Part shown: positions 1 through 14,520 of the stretch, one piece after another | Numbering within the stretch: position 1 is the stretch's first letter | Layout of the letters: each line of letters begins with the position of its first letter | Assembly (NCBI GenBank): GCA_002104945.1 | Contig: MCFH01000020.1 | Coordinates: 372,001-436,000 of the forward strand | DNA: 64,000 nt | DNA from: Piromyces finnis finn | Taxonomy: Eukaryota; Fungi; Neocallimastigomycota | Direction of reading: 5' to 3' | Translations under genes and position numbers: made by a program | Notes under the pieces: model-generated | Database searches by the model: none | Told to the model about the DNA's origin: nothing | Seen by the model: the letters and a program-made list of their open reading frames with translations, nothing else

Positions 1-1109
1 GAATGACTGTCTATTCAATTCATATCTAATTAATGTATAAGATAATAAGAAAGGATATTGGCTATTCCTTTAAATATTAATATATCTTTTATATAGTCTC
101 GAGAAGGAAAAAAAGAAAGTAAGAAAGAAAAAAGCTAATTATTTTCTTTTTTATTTTGCAGTTATTATTTTTCTTTTTTAACTTTGTATTATATACCACT
201 TAATTTTTAAAAGTGAAATATTATATATTCAATATTAAAAAGTAACTAATTTTAATTATTGTTTTTCTTCATTGTATTATTTTTTCTATTGATATTTACT
301 TTATTCAAATCTATAAAAGAAAAAAAGCAATAAGTTTTAAATCAATACCTATTATATTGATTAATTACTTTTTTATTTTTATTATTTTTTTTTAAAGATA
401 AAAAAGGTACAACTTAATTTTTTACCTTTTATCATTTTTTAATAAATATTTATATTGAATTTAATATATTATTATATATTATATTTTAATATTTATTTAT
501 CATTTAAAAAAGAAGTCCATATTAAGTTAAAATTTTTTAATTTATAAAATTTAATTATAATTTTGAAATTTTATAATCATTCAATTATATTCGATGTGGT
601 TAATTAATAATTTTTTCTTCGATCATTAAAAAAAATACGATAAACTAGGATATAAAATCAAGTAGATAAAAACAATAATAATAATAATTGGAATAAGAAT
701 AATTGCTATACTATAGATGATGATAATAAATATGAATATATGGCATACACATTAAAATGATATATATTAATTAACTATCTTTTAAATATTATTGCCATAC
801 TTTAAAGGGAAAAAAAAAAAAAAAAAAAAAGGATAATGTATTTTAATTAATATTTTAAGTTTATAAAAGAATATACACTTTGCTCATCTTCCTATTATTT
901 TTTTTTTTTTTTCAATTTTTATTGATCTATTTTATTTTATTTTATGTTATTTTATTTTAATTTTAATTTATTTTGTTTTATTTATTTATTTATTTATTTA
1001 CTATTACATTTTATATAATTATATTTTAATTGTTAAATAATGATAATATTATTTAAAAAAAAAATTATTTTATATATACTAAAAATTATTTTTTTTTACT
1101 TATTTGTCA

Positions 1110-2425
1110 TTAATTTTTAACTTCAACAACTGGAGTTTGAGTTTCATTTTCAGCTGGAGTTTCGGTACTAACAGGAGTTTCAGTTGTCTTTGGTTTGTTT
1201 TCTAAACGATTTAATGGGAATAAAAAGTCTTGCATAATACGAAGAACACCATAATAGGCATATTTAACACCTTTTGGAAGTGGTTTGGCATTAGCGTCAC
1301 GAGTAGTATCTGGATCAACTTTACGATCAAAGAATCTCTTGAGTTCATCCCATACATTACGAACAACTGGTGAAATGTAGTAACGCATGTAAAGGAATCT
1401 TCCATAGAAAAGAACACTTAAAAGAGTGACTTGTCTAAATATAGCAGCAATAAATACCATTGGGAAGGCGATGAAAATTTCATATTGAGCAACCTTCTTA
1501 ATAACATAAGTTTGATATTTATTGATAAAGTTATAAACCTTAACAGCTAAACCGGATTGTGGGTTTCTGGAAAGGAATTCAGAGTAAATAAAGTTAGTAA
1601 CATGGAAAGCAGAGTAAAATGCAAATGGATAAAGTAAAACTGGATTAAATACAACAATATAATAATATATTAGTATAATATAATGTATAATATATTTGTC
1701 TCCAATATACATATTGATATATGAATAGTGGATATTACATATAATTTTTATAATATTATATAGTATATATCATCTTACAGAATAAAGGCTTAATGAAAAT
1801 AAGGAAAATACCAAGAACTAAATAATGGAAGTTTTCATCTCTACATATATTTTCAAACCAAGAACTAGCAAGGTCTGGAATCTTTAATTAAATAATTAAA
1901 TATATTTTATGTATTAATTAAAATAATTAATTAAAAAAATTTGCCACTGAAAAATTAAATTTTTGGCAATACTTACACCGTGAGTCTTATATATAATTAC
2001 AGAATTACTAATAAGAACACCAACTAAAGCTTTGTAGTAACTAGAACTAAAGTTGGAATTGAATTTTGCAATAGTTGAATTAATAATGGTGTTGTATACT
2101 AAGAAAAAATTAATAATATTATAAAATAGGTATTAAAAAATTTATAGAAATATTTAAAAAAAAAAAAATAAATAAATAAAAAATTAATATATTTTACTCT
2201 GAATAATTAAAACAATAAATTTACCCATATTTTATATTTCGATTTTATATATTATATATATACATTAAAAGAAATTTCCATAATATACTTACTAACAATA
2301 ATATGACCAACAAACCATAAAAACTTCAAACTAGCAATAAGGATTGAAAGTCTAGTAATGAATTTTGGTTCCTTGTTTGCGCTTACAGTTTTTGAATTTG
2401 CATTTTTATCTTTTTTGCCAAACAT
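1110..2425 (-). CDS. POM33: Pom33/TMEM33-family ER/nuclear-pore membrane protein (multi-exon)
   Basis: ATG at 2425 gives MFGKKDKN...LKFLWFVGHIIVV. The next exon reads YYKALVGVLISNSVIIYKTHG, and the last exon (ORF 1110-1712) has hydrophobic helices plus LFYGRFLYMRY. The WFVGH, YYKAL and FLxxRY motifs match the Pom33/TMEM33 pattern; GT-AG junctions are present. Confidence 0.78.
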
Positions 2426-5382
2426 TTTGTCTTATTATTTAAATTTTAATGTATTTTTTATTTGGATTTATTTTTAGAAAAAAAAATATTTAAATTTGTT
2501 TATTTAATTTTTATTTATTTATATTTTGGTATTGTGTATTTTTTATTTAGTTAAAAAAGCTTAGGCTTTTAAAAAAGTCTTTTCTCTATATAAATATTAT
2601 TATTATGCATATTATACATATATAAATATAATGTTAGTTATGTATTTTTTTATATTTACAAATGTTTTATATATTATAAATCATAATTTAGTAGTATTGA
2701 TATCAATTTTATAAAAAAAAAAGAGAGAGAGAGAGAAGAGAGAGAAACTAGAACTTTTTATTATTACATTAAGCTATTCAAATATATCCACACAATATAT
2801 ATATATATATATATTACATATATCACTATTAAAAATAATTTCATTTCTGATTTTTTTATTATTATTTATTTTACTAAAATTTATAAAATGAAATTAATTA
2901 AATCTTATTGTTGAATTAATATTAACGTAGTAATTTATATTTGGTATATTTATTTAATTTATTATTGTTTAGTTCATAGCCCTTCTTCGCTTTATGATGA
3001 GATAAAAAAAAAGTCTTATTTCTTTGTTAAGACTTATTTATATTATTACTTTTATACTTTTTTAAATAAAAATGGATATAACAAATAAATATAACAAAGT
3101 TCCAACTTTTCTTCTATGTACTTACTTTTATATATAAAAGATTTCTTTTATTTTTTTTAAAAGAAAAAAAGAAAAACTACTTATTTTTAACAAACAAAAA
3201 AATAAATAAAAAAAAAAATTATTTGTAAAAGAAAAATTTTTTGAATTTATTAAATTTTATGTTAATTAAAAATTTAATGTATTTTTGGTATATATATAAA
3301 TTTATTCAATATGTATAATACTAAGAAGTTTTTTTTTTTTTTTTTTTTGTTTTGTTTTTTTTTTTTTTTTTTTTGTAATTTAAATGTATTATGGCTGGTA
3401 AAAGTATCTTTTATTCATAATAAATTAAATAAAACTAATATATTAAATAAAAAAAGAAATAAGAAAATCTAAAGGTATCTCACAGTCAACCTTTTTAATA
3501 TATTTAAAATAATTGATTTCGATATAGATTAATACATAAAATCTTAAAATTATAAAAGATGATTAATATTAACTTTAACAGATAATATTAAAATAGAAAC
3601 CTATTCTTGATATTAATTATACTAAATAGAAAAAAAAAAATTCCTTAATTAAAATTTGATCATATTTAAATATAGAAATGATAATATTATTTCTCTTGTA
3701 TTCATAAATAGATATTATTATTTTTTTAATTATGTAGTTATTCATTTATTTATATTTAATGATAACATGATAATATTTTCTTTCTTTATTATTTAAAAAA
3801 GCAACACACATTAAATAAAAACTTATTTCTTCTTCTTTTTTTTTTTATTTATAATAATAATTACCTGTCAATTTTTTTATATGGATTATTCCTTTTAAAT
3901 ATATATATATTTAATTATAAATATTAATAAATGAATAAAATATAAAAATGTTTCAAACTTTATTTAATATAAAATTATAATTTATTTAACTAAAAAAGTA
4001 TATAATTATTTAATATTCATTAATATTAATTTTTATATATTTGATTATTAAATAGAACATATATTATCTATTTTAATAATATATGAAAACAAATACTTGG
4101 AAATAAAAGTAATTTCATTTCGAAACTTTTCATTTGTATAGACTCTTTTTTTTTTTAATTATTATGAATATTATAATGAAAAGAGAAATAAAAGAAATTT
4201 GATTTATTTCAATAGGTAATCTATACAGCAACAATATTTATATTAAAAATAAAATTAATCCTTACTATATGGATATTCGAATGAATAATTCAGTTTTCAA
4301 GTTTTACTTTATATTTCAAACTATTAAATAAATAGATATTTTGTATTATTAATTCATACCATTTCATTCTTTTTAAATATTACCATAATGCTACTAAAAT
4401 CTGCTTTATTTTATTATACAATAATACTCAATAATATATATAGTATAGAATACTTTTAAAGAAAAAGAAAAAAATTCACAAAAAATTTTCCTCATTCACC
4501 TTTTTTTTTTTTAAGATTAAATATTCAATGATAATATATAAATGATTTTGAAAAAAAATATAATAATAATTATAATAAAAATGATTTCACATGTTTTGTT
4601 TTAATAATGTATACAAAATATGCTATATTAAGCAAAGGGGAGATTGAAAAGGACATTCTATAGTATTTAAAGTATATTATTAATATTGCTAAACTTTAAT
4701 TTTAAAATGAAACTGTTATTAGTATAATTGTCAATACTGCTCTCATAATAAAATAACAGTGATGTTGTTGTAACTTTTATAATAATGTTTTTTTAAAAAT
4801 AAAATAGCATTTCAATTTAAAATTGTTGGAATAAATAATATTTATTCTTAAATTTCAGATAATTTTAATTTTTTATATTCTTCAATATGCTGATTAGTAT
4901 TTTGTTTATATAAATCGATGAAAGTATTTAATAAATATATAATATTTATTGAATTGTAGATTACACAATGTCTTTTAGGATTGATTAAATAATTTGGTAA
5001 TAAATCGAATTTTTGTTTTAATGGGTTTTACACAATAAATTCTTTTTTCTTTTATAATATTTCAATTGCTTTATTTCTACAAAAAAAAATTGAAATATAT
5101 ATAAATACAATCTTTAATAAAAAAAAATGTAAATAGGTTGTATTAGAAATTTTTAATTTATAATGTAAATTTAATACATTGTATCAATATGTATGTAAAT
5201 AATGTATACATTATTAAATAATAGTTTATTATATAAAAATATATATTTTATTGATATATTGATTGAAATAAAAAAAATTAAGTTTTTTATATTAATGGAT
5301 AATAGAATAAATAAAAAATAATATTTATTATTTTTCTAAAAATTAGTAAATTCAAAATCTAACATAAAAAATTAAATTTAAA

Positions 5383-6757
5383 ATGGATACTCATTCTCCT
5401 GTAAGTTTAATGAATAAAAAAAAAAAAAAGAAAAAGAAAAAACGAATTTTAATATTACTTTAAAGATTGTCATCACTTGAGATTTTATAGAAATATCAAT
5501 AATTTAAATTAGTAAATAAATCACAATTCAATATTAATTAACTATCCATTCCATCCTAATAAATGATATTTAAATTAAATAAAATGTATATAATTCTACT
5601 TATAAACACTTTTTTCTATTAATTATTTTTAATTAAAAAGATAAAAAAGTATAAGTTTTCTCATTTATTATGTACTTTTCACAAATGTTAAAAAAAAAAA
5701 AATTATTAATGAAAGAACAGAGAAATAAATATTTTATTCAGATAGATAAACAAAGTCGTTTATTAATAAAATTAATGTAGATATACAAACTAATAAGCTA
5801 ATAATAATAAATTAAAATTTCATTATTTCTTTTGAATTAAACAATTAATTTAAAAGTAAATTCGTTGATTTAAAAAAAATAAACAATATAAATAAATAAT
5901 TTTTCAATAATTTTAACTGAACTATCTTTTTTTATTATTATTATTATTATATTTTAACATATTTATTTATTATATGTTATATTTAATTTTAAAAAAAAAA
6001 AAAAAAAAGCTCTCTTTATATTCTGTTGATGCTTTGATTATACTCGACAGTGATGGCAAGCGTATATTAGCTAAATACTTTACACAAGATTATAAGAGCG
6101 CTAGAGAACAAACTGATTTTGAAAAGCAACTTTTCAAGCAAACCAAGAAATTAAATAGTAAAATTTATTAGAATTATATATATTGACAATATAATATAAT
6201 AACAATAACAAGAATGAATGAAATAACCTTTTTTTTTTTTTTTTAATTATTATCCTTTATTTGGTTTTAATTATAATATGCGTTTTATCAAACAAATAAA
6301 AAAATCGATAATGTTAAATGATTATATATAAATACATAAATACATAAATAGATGAATTAATTATGTATGAAGGAAAACTTGTTATATACCAAAATATTGT
6401 TGATGTTTTCATATATGTTATCGCTAATCAATATCAAAATGAATTAATGTTATGCAATTTTATGACTTCTTTCATTGATGCTTTAAATATTTTATTAAAG
6501 TAATATATCATTATAAAATATAATAATAACATATTATCTTAAATATTAACTAAATCAAATTAAGGGTAAAAAACAATAATATTAACGTGAATATTCTTGA
6601 TTATATATAAAATAATATATTAATAACAAAGGAATCAAGTAGAAAAAAGAGTTATTATGGATAACATGGATGTTGTTTTCTTATGTATTGATGAATGTTT
6701 AGATGAGGGGTATATACTTATATAAATATAATTTTAAAAAAAGTTTTTTTTTTTACA

Positions 6758-6797
<40 letters not shown>

Positions 6798-6964
6798 TAT
6801 TTTAACATTATAAAAGTATTATACTTGATAATGATGCAACTCAAATATCAAGCCGTGTTTCCAAAAAAGCAAATAACGGTGATACTATGAATCTTTCTGA
6901 ACAATCCTTTACTCAAGCATTCTTTAATGCTAGAGATCAAATTGCTCGTTCACTCTTAAAGTAA
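5383..6964 (+). CDS. RET3: Coatomer subunit zeta (multi-exon)
   Basis: First exon ATGGATACTCATTCTCCT|gtaagt (5383-5400) splices to 6010, giving MDTHSP-LSLYSVDALIILDSDGKRILAKY. Later exons read NELIMYEGKLVIYQ, QNELML, MDVVFLCIDECLDEG and QAFFNARDQIARSLLK*. Confidence 0.92.
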
Positions 6965-7660
6965 AATAATATATAACATTACTTGTTGATAAAAAGAAAA
7001 TAATCAAAACCAGTACAAATTTCAATATACAATATATATAATAATAATTTATAATTATAATCAATAATTAATTTTATGCAATTATAAAAGAAATAGAAAT
7101 GTTTTAAAGTTAATAAAAAAAATAAAACAAATAATTATTATTCAATAAACTAGCTAAAAATAAAATGTCACAAATATATATTACTTTTAAAAACTAATAA
7201 AGTATATAATATAAAAAATATATATTATATAAAAAATAAATAAAAATAAAAATAAAAATAAAATAAACATATTATATATTGTGTGAATATTAATAACTAT
7301 TATTTAGTAATATTATATATATGTATATATATTACTTAAAATAAAAATGAAAGCAATGTTTTCATATATTTCTCAAAATATAATACATGTGTGTGTTAAT
7401 TGTAAATTGTTATTTTTTAATTTCTTTTTATTATAATTCATATATTAAAAAAAATTGTTATAATAAAACACTATAATAAAACATAAATAAAAATAATGTG
7501 CTTTTTCTAATAATTAAAAAGAAAAAAAAAAAAAAAAGATGTGTGATTGAAAAAATATAATAATAATAGTTTTAAAAAAAAATAATAATAAAAATTTCTA
7601 AAAAGAAATATAAATAAAAAAGTAATATTATTTTTTTTTTTTTTTTTTTTTTTTTTTGAA

Positions 7661-10600
7661 TTAATCATATTTGACTTGAATACTTTTTTTAATTAAATTA
7701 ATGTATTCAGTGAATATCTTTTTATCTTCAAAATCTTTTTCACTTCTTTCTTCCATTATGCATATTAATTGATCAATAACTGTATATGGGAACCATTTTT
7801 CGTTTCTCTTAGTTACATCCATCTAAAAAAAAAAAAAATTAAATAAATAAATATATAAAAATAAATATTTTAATAATTAATAATAATTCATCAATTCATT
7901 ATTATTATTTATCAAAAAACTATCAAAAAATGTTTTATATTTACATTATTGATTAATTTTATAGTAAATAAGGCAGCTTCCTTAATTCTATTATATTTTA
8001 TATATATTCTAATTAAATCTTCTGGGAAATGATTCTATAGGTTATTAATATAAAAACAGCATTAAATAATATATCAGTTAACCATTTTTTTTAATCCAAA
8101 TTATAAAAAAAAAAAAACCAAATTTACCATAAATGGTTCTATTAACCATTCTGGAACTTCTGATGTAACACAGGTTTCTAAGAATTTTTCAATGACAACC
8201 TTATGATAACGATAATAATTATCTGTTGAGTCATGAAGGTCTAAGAATTTCTTTAATAATTCATGGAAATCAACAGTATTATTCATTACAGATGCCTTTC
8301 TTCCTTGGCTGGCTTCTCCTCTATTTAATAAAATATTATTTTCATCCTTTTGTTTTATTCCTTCTTGTGTAGCAATAGCCTTCTTATAATTATAAATGGT
8401 AACATTATTAGAACTACCATCTCGAATAAATAGTTGTTTTGGAAGATTAATTGTTGGAGAGACCTTCTTTTCACGCTTGTCATCATCCTTTGTTTTGTTC
8501 ATTCCTTCTTTACCATTTAAAATCTTTTCGAAATAATCAGTAATGTAGTTACTATTTGAATTAACAATCATATACGAAGATTTAACATATTGTAATAATA
8601 AGTTTTGGAATATAATAGATAAATCAAAACCATATAACAATGAAAATGATATAGCAGTATCATATTTTCCTAAAGAAATATACAAAGTTACTGCATCTAC
8701 TGGATCTAATGATAAAACTATAAAAAATAATAAATTTAATTTACTGTAAATATAATTAATTATGCTTTTTCATCTATATTTAATATTTACTTGAAATTTC
8801 GCTTTCCTTATGATTTTTTGATAACTCAAGCTTTGATAATGATAGATAATATTCTTTTTTTATATCAAGTAAACTTATATTAACTAATTAAAATATTTAA
8901 ATTTTCAAATAAAAAAAAAAAATCAATAAAGCATTTCATTTAATAAAATTTTACTTAACTTATTAATAAAATATAAATAATATTAGTATTTATATATTAA
9001 TTACCATTTCTAACAATTCCATCACTCTTAGCTTCATGCTAAGTTACATAAATATAAATATATATATATATAACATTATAATTAGTAAACCAAATGTTGA
9101 TATTAATAAATTATATATAAAAAATTAAAAGAAGAATAAAGAGATTACATCAATAATAATATATTGATTTTTCTTGTCAACTAAAGATAATGCGTTTAAA
9201 GCAATTAATAATGCTTTTGATTGTTCAACAAGTAATGTCTTGAATGAATTTTCTAAATTTCCAGTTTTACAACATTTGTAGAGTCTTTGAGCATATTTAT
9301 ACATATATAATGCAGCTAAATATAAAATATATAAATATTAATATTTAAATGGTAATAAAATTAATTCAAAAATTACAAAATAATTATTAATAATAATTGC
9401 ATACCTTTTCTATATGAACTGTTATAAATTAAATAAGAATAGAGGATTTTATTATAATTTGGTGTAGATAATAAATTGGTAGATTCTTTGATTTGGTTGT
9501 TTAATATATTTTCAATATCCTCTTTACAACCACTAAAATTGAATTTAAATAATAAAGTTTGATCATTTTCACATATTTTTATTACAAATTCTTTAAGTAA
9601 TTGTTTTTTTCTAAATAACCAAATTGATTTAAAAAAAAAAAAGAAAAGAAAAGAAATAATAATAATAATTGTAATATATAAATCAGTATTACAGATAGCT
9701 TTTTTCTTGGTAAATGTAAATCAATTTTCAAAATTTATTGTTAATAATAAATAGTATATACCTTTCAGGATCCATTATATTCTGTACAACTAAAAATGCT
9801 TCTTCAAAGTTTAATGTATTCAAATGGCAATTAAATAATACAAACATTAAATCATCCTTTATTGAAATTTTTATATAATAGAATTATTAGTTTTGTTTTA
9901 CCAACCATTTTTAACTATTCTATTATTAATTTTATATTTAGAAAAGTAGTCTAAAAAAAAATAATATACTTTTGACTTATCCTCTTTCATATGTAATAAA
10001 GAAAGCTTTGCAAATTTTTCTATTGGTTCATACAATGGTTTAATATTTTGATATAAATGCATGATATATTGATAATATTGAAATGAGTTTTCTATAGTTA
10101 ATGGTAAGAAAGTATAGATGGATGAATCAACTGTTTTAGAGACTATAATTAAAAAAAAAAAAAATTAGCTATTATATTTTATATATAATAAAACGAAATA
10201 TTTATTTTTATACTAAAATAAAAATTTTTTAACTATTTACCGAATGCAGAACCAGCTTTTTCGAAATAATCTTCTGAACTTTCAATATCATTAGATATCA
10301 AAGAAATAATACCTTGTAAAAGGAATATACATGATGAATTCATAGATGGTAATAATTCTCTCAAGTAATGAATTGACTTTGTACTATGTTGAATTAATTG
10401 AATAATAAATGATATTAATGGTGAATTAAATATATATTCTTTTGAATACCATGATAAATTAAGAGTATCAAGATATCTATGAGAATAATCATAAATAATA
10501 TCAAGAAAAGATATAGATTGTTTAACTAAATCACTTGGGTATAATGAGAAATAATTTGTTAATGCTAAAGAATCGGAAATATTAGATAAAGTTTTTTCTT

Positions 10601-13537
10601 CGCTATTTTCATTCTTTTCTTCTTCGCTATATTTAACTAATGATAAGATGGAAGAATATATTAATCGGAATAAAAGAGAATCATTAGTATGACTTAAAAC
10701 TGCTTTATCAATATTTATATCCATATTTATTTTATTTATATTGAAATAAGAAAGGATATATGTTATTTTTTCATTATCCATTTCAATATCATTATTATTA
10801 ACTTCTCTTTTAATGGAATTTTTAGAAGTATTTCCTAAACTTAAATTTTTAAGAATATTTAATTCCTTTACTTTTTCATCACCACTTAAATCTAAATCAT
10901 TTTCATTGGAGTATTCGGAAGCCCATTTCAAAATGATAAGAGCATGTAAATAAGACTTACAACGATATATAGAGTTAAGGTATTCAAAATGACCAATATC
11001 AGAATTAAACATTTTCATTCTCTGTGTTTCAATGGTGTTTTTATTGAAACTATTTTTCTTGCTCATCACATATAATGCGATTAAAACAATAAAAAGATGG
11101 AAACATAAATGATAACGAGCATTTATTACTTCCTTTACATTTACAGAAATTAGCTGTGCTAAATAAGTTATATAACTTTTACTAATTCTTCCATCATTAT
11201 TTCTTAATTCATTTTGAATTGCATTTTCTAATGGTATTGTTTTTTCATCTTGATCATTTAAAATGCTAAATATATATTCAATACATCCTTTAATATCTTT
11301 TAACTTTCTTATTTTTCTCAAAAAATTTTCATTTCCTTCAAGATAATCCCAATAAATATTTTCTACTAAACTTTCTAATTGAATTGAAGACTTGCATATA
11401 CCTACAATAACATCTCTAGTGAACTGTTGGATATTTAAAGTCGAATTTTTTAAATTTCTGCTTGAATTATTTATTCCAAATTTTTCAAATGAAGAATTAT
11501 TTTTATAAAGCTGATCAACTGCAGAAAGGAATAAAGACATACTAGAACTTACATTATGATATAAATTTTTTTTATTAAGATCTGTTATAGAGAAAAGATA
11601 TTGTAATTCCATAATCGAATGTTTATTAATTAAAGCATTGTAGAAAATTTCAGATGTGTCACATAAATTGATAGTAGTTATATATGCTTTTTTTATCAAA
11701 ATAAACATAGGAATATTAATCTTACCAATATTTTCTTGAGAATATTGTAAAAATGAAACAAATTTATTTTCATTTTCATATTCTATTACACAATAATATA
11801 AAAATTTTTTATATTCTTTTTCAACTGTAGCTTTATCAGAATAATTAATTGCATTAGAACTAATTTTTTCATTAATACAATTTACAATACATTTTTTAAT
11901 ATATTTCAATCCTATATGTTTTAATTCGGTTTGATCAATATAAGTAGCAATACTTGATTCCTCAGAATATTTCATCAATGCATAATATAAAATTGAAAGT
12001 GAAAATCTATTAATGTTAAATATATAATTCAAATAATATTCTTTAATTAATTCAATTGAATCTTGTTCATCTTCTTCATTGTCATTATTGCAATAGGATG
12101 GCATAGATGGAATATCATTAATATCTGAAATTAATGAGAAATTTGAAAAAGATAAAGTAGATAAAGAATTTGACAACCCTTTAGTATTATCAATATTTAT
12201 AATAGTTTCTTTTATTTTAGAATTAAATTCAATAGAATTTTCTGAAACTGATTTCTTACTACTTATAATACTATCAGAATTTTCAATAATATTATTTGTT
12301 ATTAAAGGAAGCCATATTTCTGGACAATAACTTTTAAAATTACTACTTAATTTATTGTTTTCACCTAAATATAAGTATTTTATAATGCTTTTATCAAAAG
12401 TATCTTTTTGTTCAACCCATAATACAAAATGATTGTTAATATAAGTAATTTGAAAAGTATTTATAAAAACTTTTTTTTTCTCATTAATTGAAACTGCTTC
12501 AATAATAGGTAATAATATGTCATCTGCATTTAAATTCACATTTTCATTTTGATCTATTATCATTTTAAATATGTGAAATTCATTTCCTAATAATATGCAT
12601 AAATTAAAAGAAGTGTATTCGTTATTGTCATCAGTGTATAAATCATAAATGCTGATATATTTTTTTGAGGTGCTTACTGTTGGTTTCATCAATTCTTTAT
12701 TAAATATGAATTTCAAATTTTCATTTAAAACATATAAAATATTATTAAATAATACTATAATATAAATTTTATTGTTATATTTTATATATGAAAGGTCTTG
12801 TAAAACATCGGTAGACATATTATTTGTGATGAATTTTGAAAAATTTCTTAAAATTGAACTATTTAAATTTTGTTTTTTTTCAATTATTGAATCATCTTTC
12901 AAATAAATGAATTTAAATAATATATGTATGTATATAAAAATTAATTATTAACATATTATATCAAATCAAAAAATTATACTTTTCTATAATAAAATAATTT
13001 TTAATTATAAAAAAAAGTAATTATAAAAAATAATAATAATAATAATAGTTCATTTACAGTAATATAATTACCTTTTAATTTTCTTATTGTTATTATTTCA
13101 TTTAATGTTGTTGTAATAATAAAATTATCCTGATCTATTATTTTAAAAAGTTGAACTTGTTGTTTTTGAATTGATTTAATATATAGATTTTGTAAATTAA
13201 TTTCCCTTGATTTAATGTTAATTGTATACTTAAAAATGATACCATCATTTGAAAGTAAAAACATGTATACAAGGCTATCATTTTCATCCTCCTTAAATTG
13301 AATATTATCTCTCATATTCTTTGGTAAATTAATTTTATATGTTATATAATCTGTCAAAGTAGGAGCCAATTGAATTTCAAGATGAGTATTATATAATTTC
13401 CAATATATGTACACATATTGATTTTTAAGGTTCAACTGAACTACAGAAGAATTTGACAATCTTCTTTTATTGAATATATATTCCTGGTCATCTTTATTGA
13501 ATAAATAAGAAGATGATTCTTTAAATGTAAATGCCAT
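7661..13537 (-). CDS. NUP160: Nucleoporin Nup160/Nup120-like (multi-exon, includes a ~2.67 kb exon)
   Basis: ATG at 13537 (MAFTFKES). C-terminal exons encode LLIALNALSLVD, VPEWLIEPF, ELIRIYIKYNRIKEAALF and WFPYTVIDQLI, paralleling Nup160 C-terminal motifs (YLAALNCL, LPNWL, ELLRLYLNY, WLPYSSIDQL). Stop TAA at 7661-7663. Confidence 0.75.
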
Positions 13538-14520
13538 TTTAATTTTAATATTCAAAATATATTAGAAAAAAAAACTAGGGATTGGGAATTAAATTTTTAT
13601 CTAATAATCTTAATATTAAAATTTGTAATTGTGTAGAAATAAATTATTATACTGTAGAATCAAAAAAAAAAAATTGTTATCTTTCGATATTTCAATTTAA
13701 AAATATATAAAATTGTAAAATCTCGGATGTACTAATATTTCAATTATATTTCAATAATAAAACATTTATTATTTCATATAAAGCAACTGATTAATTATTA
13801 ATAAAAATGATAATATATATAAATTATACTTTATTATTTTTATATAAAAAGATTCATTTTCAAAATTAAATAACAATAAAAAACTAAAAATAAAAAGAAA
13901 AGGTTAAAACAGTTTTTTTCTTTGGCCTTTATTTTTTCTATTTCTTATTATGTTATTATTGTTATTAATATTATTATTAATAATAGTTTCTACTCTTTAA
14001 AAAAATACTATAATTTTTGGATTTACCATTAATACAACTTAGCCAATCAACTGTAACATTATTAGAATACTATCATAGAAGTTGTATGTAACTAATGTTT
14101 TCACTTACATATAATTAATAAGTACAAAATTTTATTATATTTTTTATTTGACAATCACAAATTTTCATTAAATAAAAATAATTTAATTAAAATTATTATT
14201 TAAAAAATTGAAATTTCTTTTATATATTTTATACCCACTTTATATTTTATATTTAATTTATTGTAAATTCGCATTACAAATACCAAATTTAAATATAAAT
14301 AACAATAAAATAAAATATATAACGATTAATTATGATAAAGTTTAATTTTTAGGGTAGTATACAAATATAACTTAAAAAATAAATAAAAAAATAAAAAATA
14401 AAAAAATTGAAAAAGAATAAAAATATAAAAAAATTGAAATTTGAAATTTCAAAGTTATATATTATAATTTTATTTTTAGTTTTAGTATTAAAAACAATAT
14501 AAAGTATAATATTTAACAAA

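Noticed and set aside
2994-3036. C-box-like ATGATGA followed by an 8-bp hairpin (snoRNA?)
   Set aside because: No downstream CTGA D box or terminal stem.
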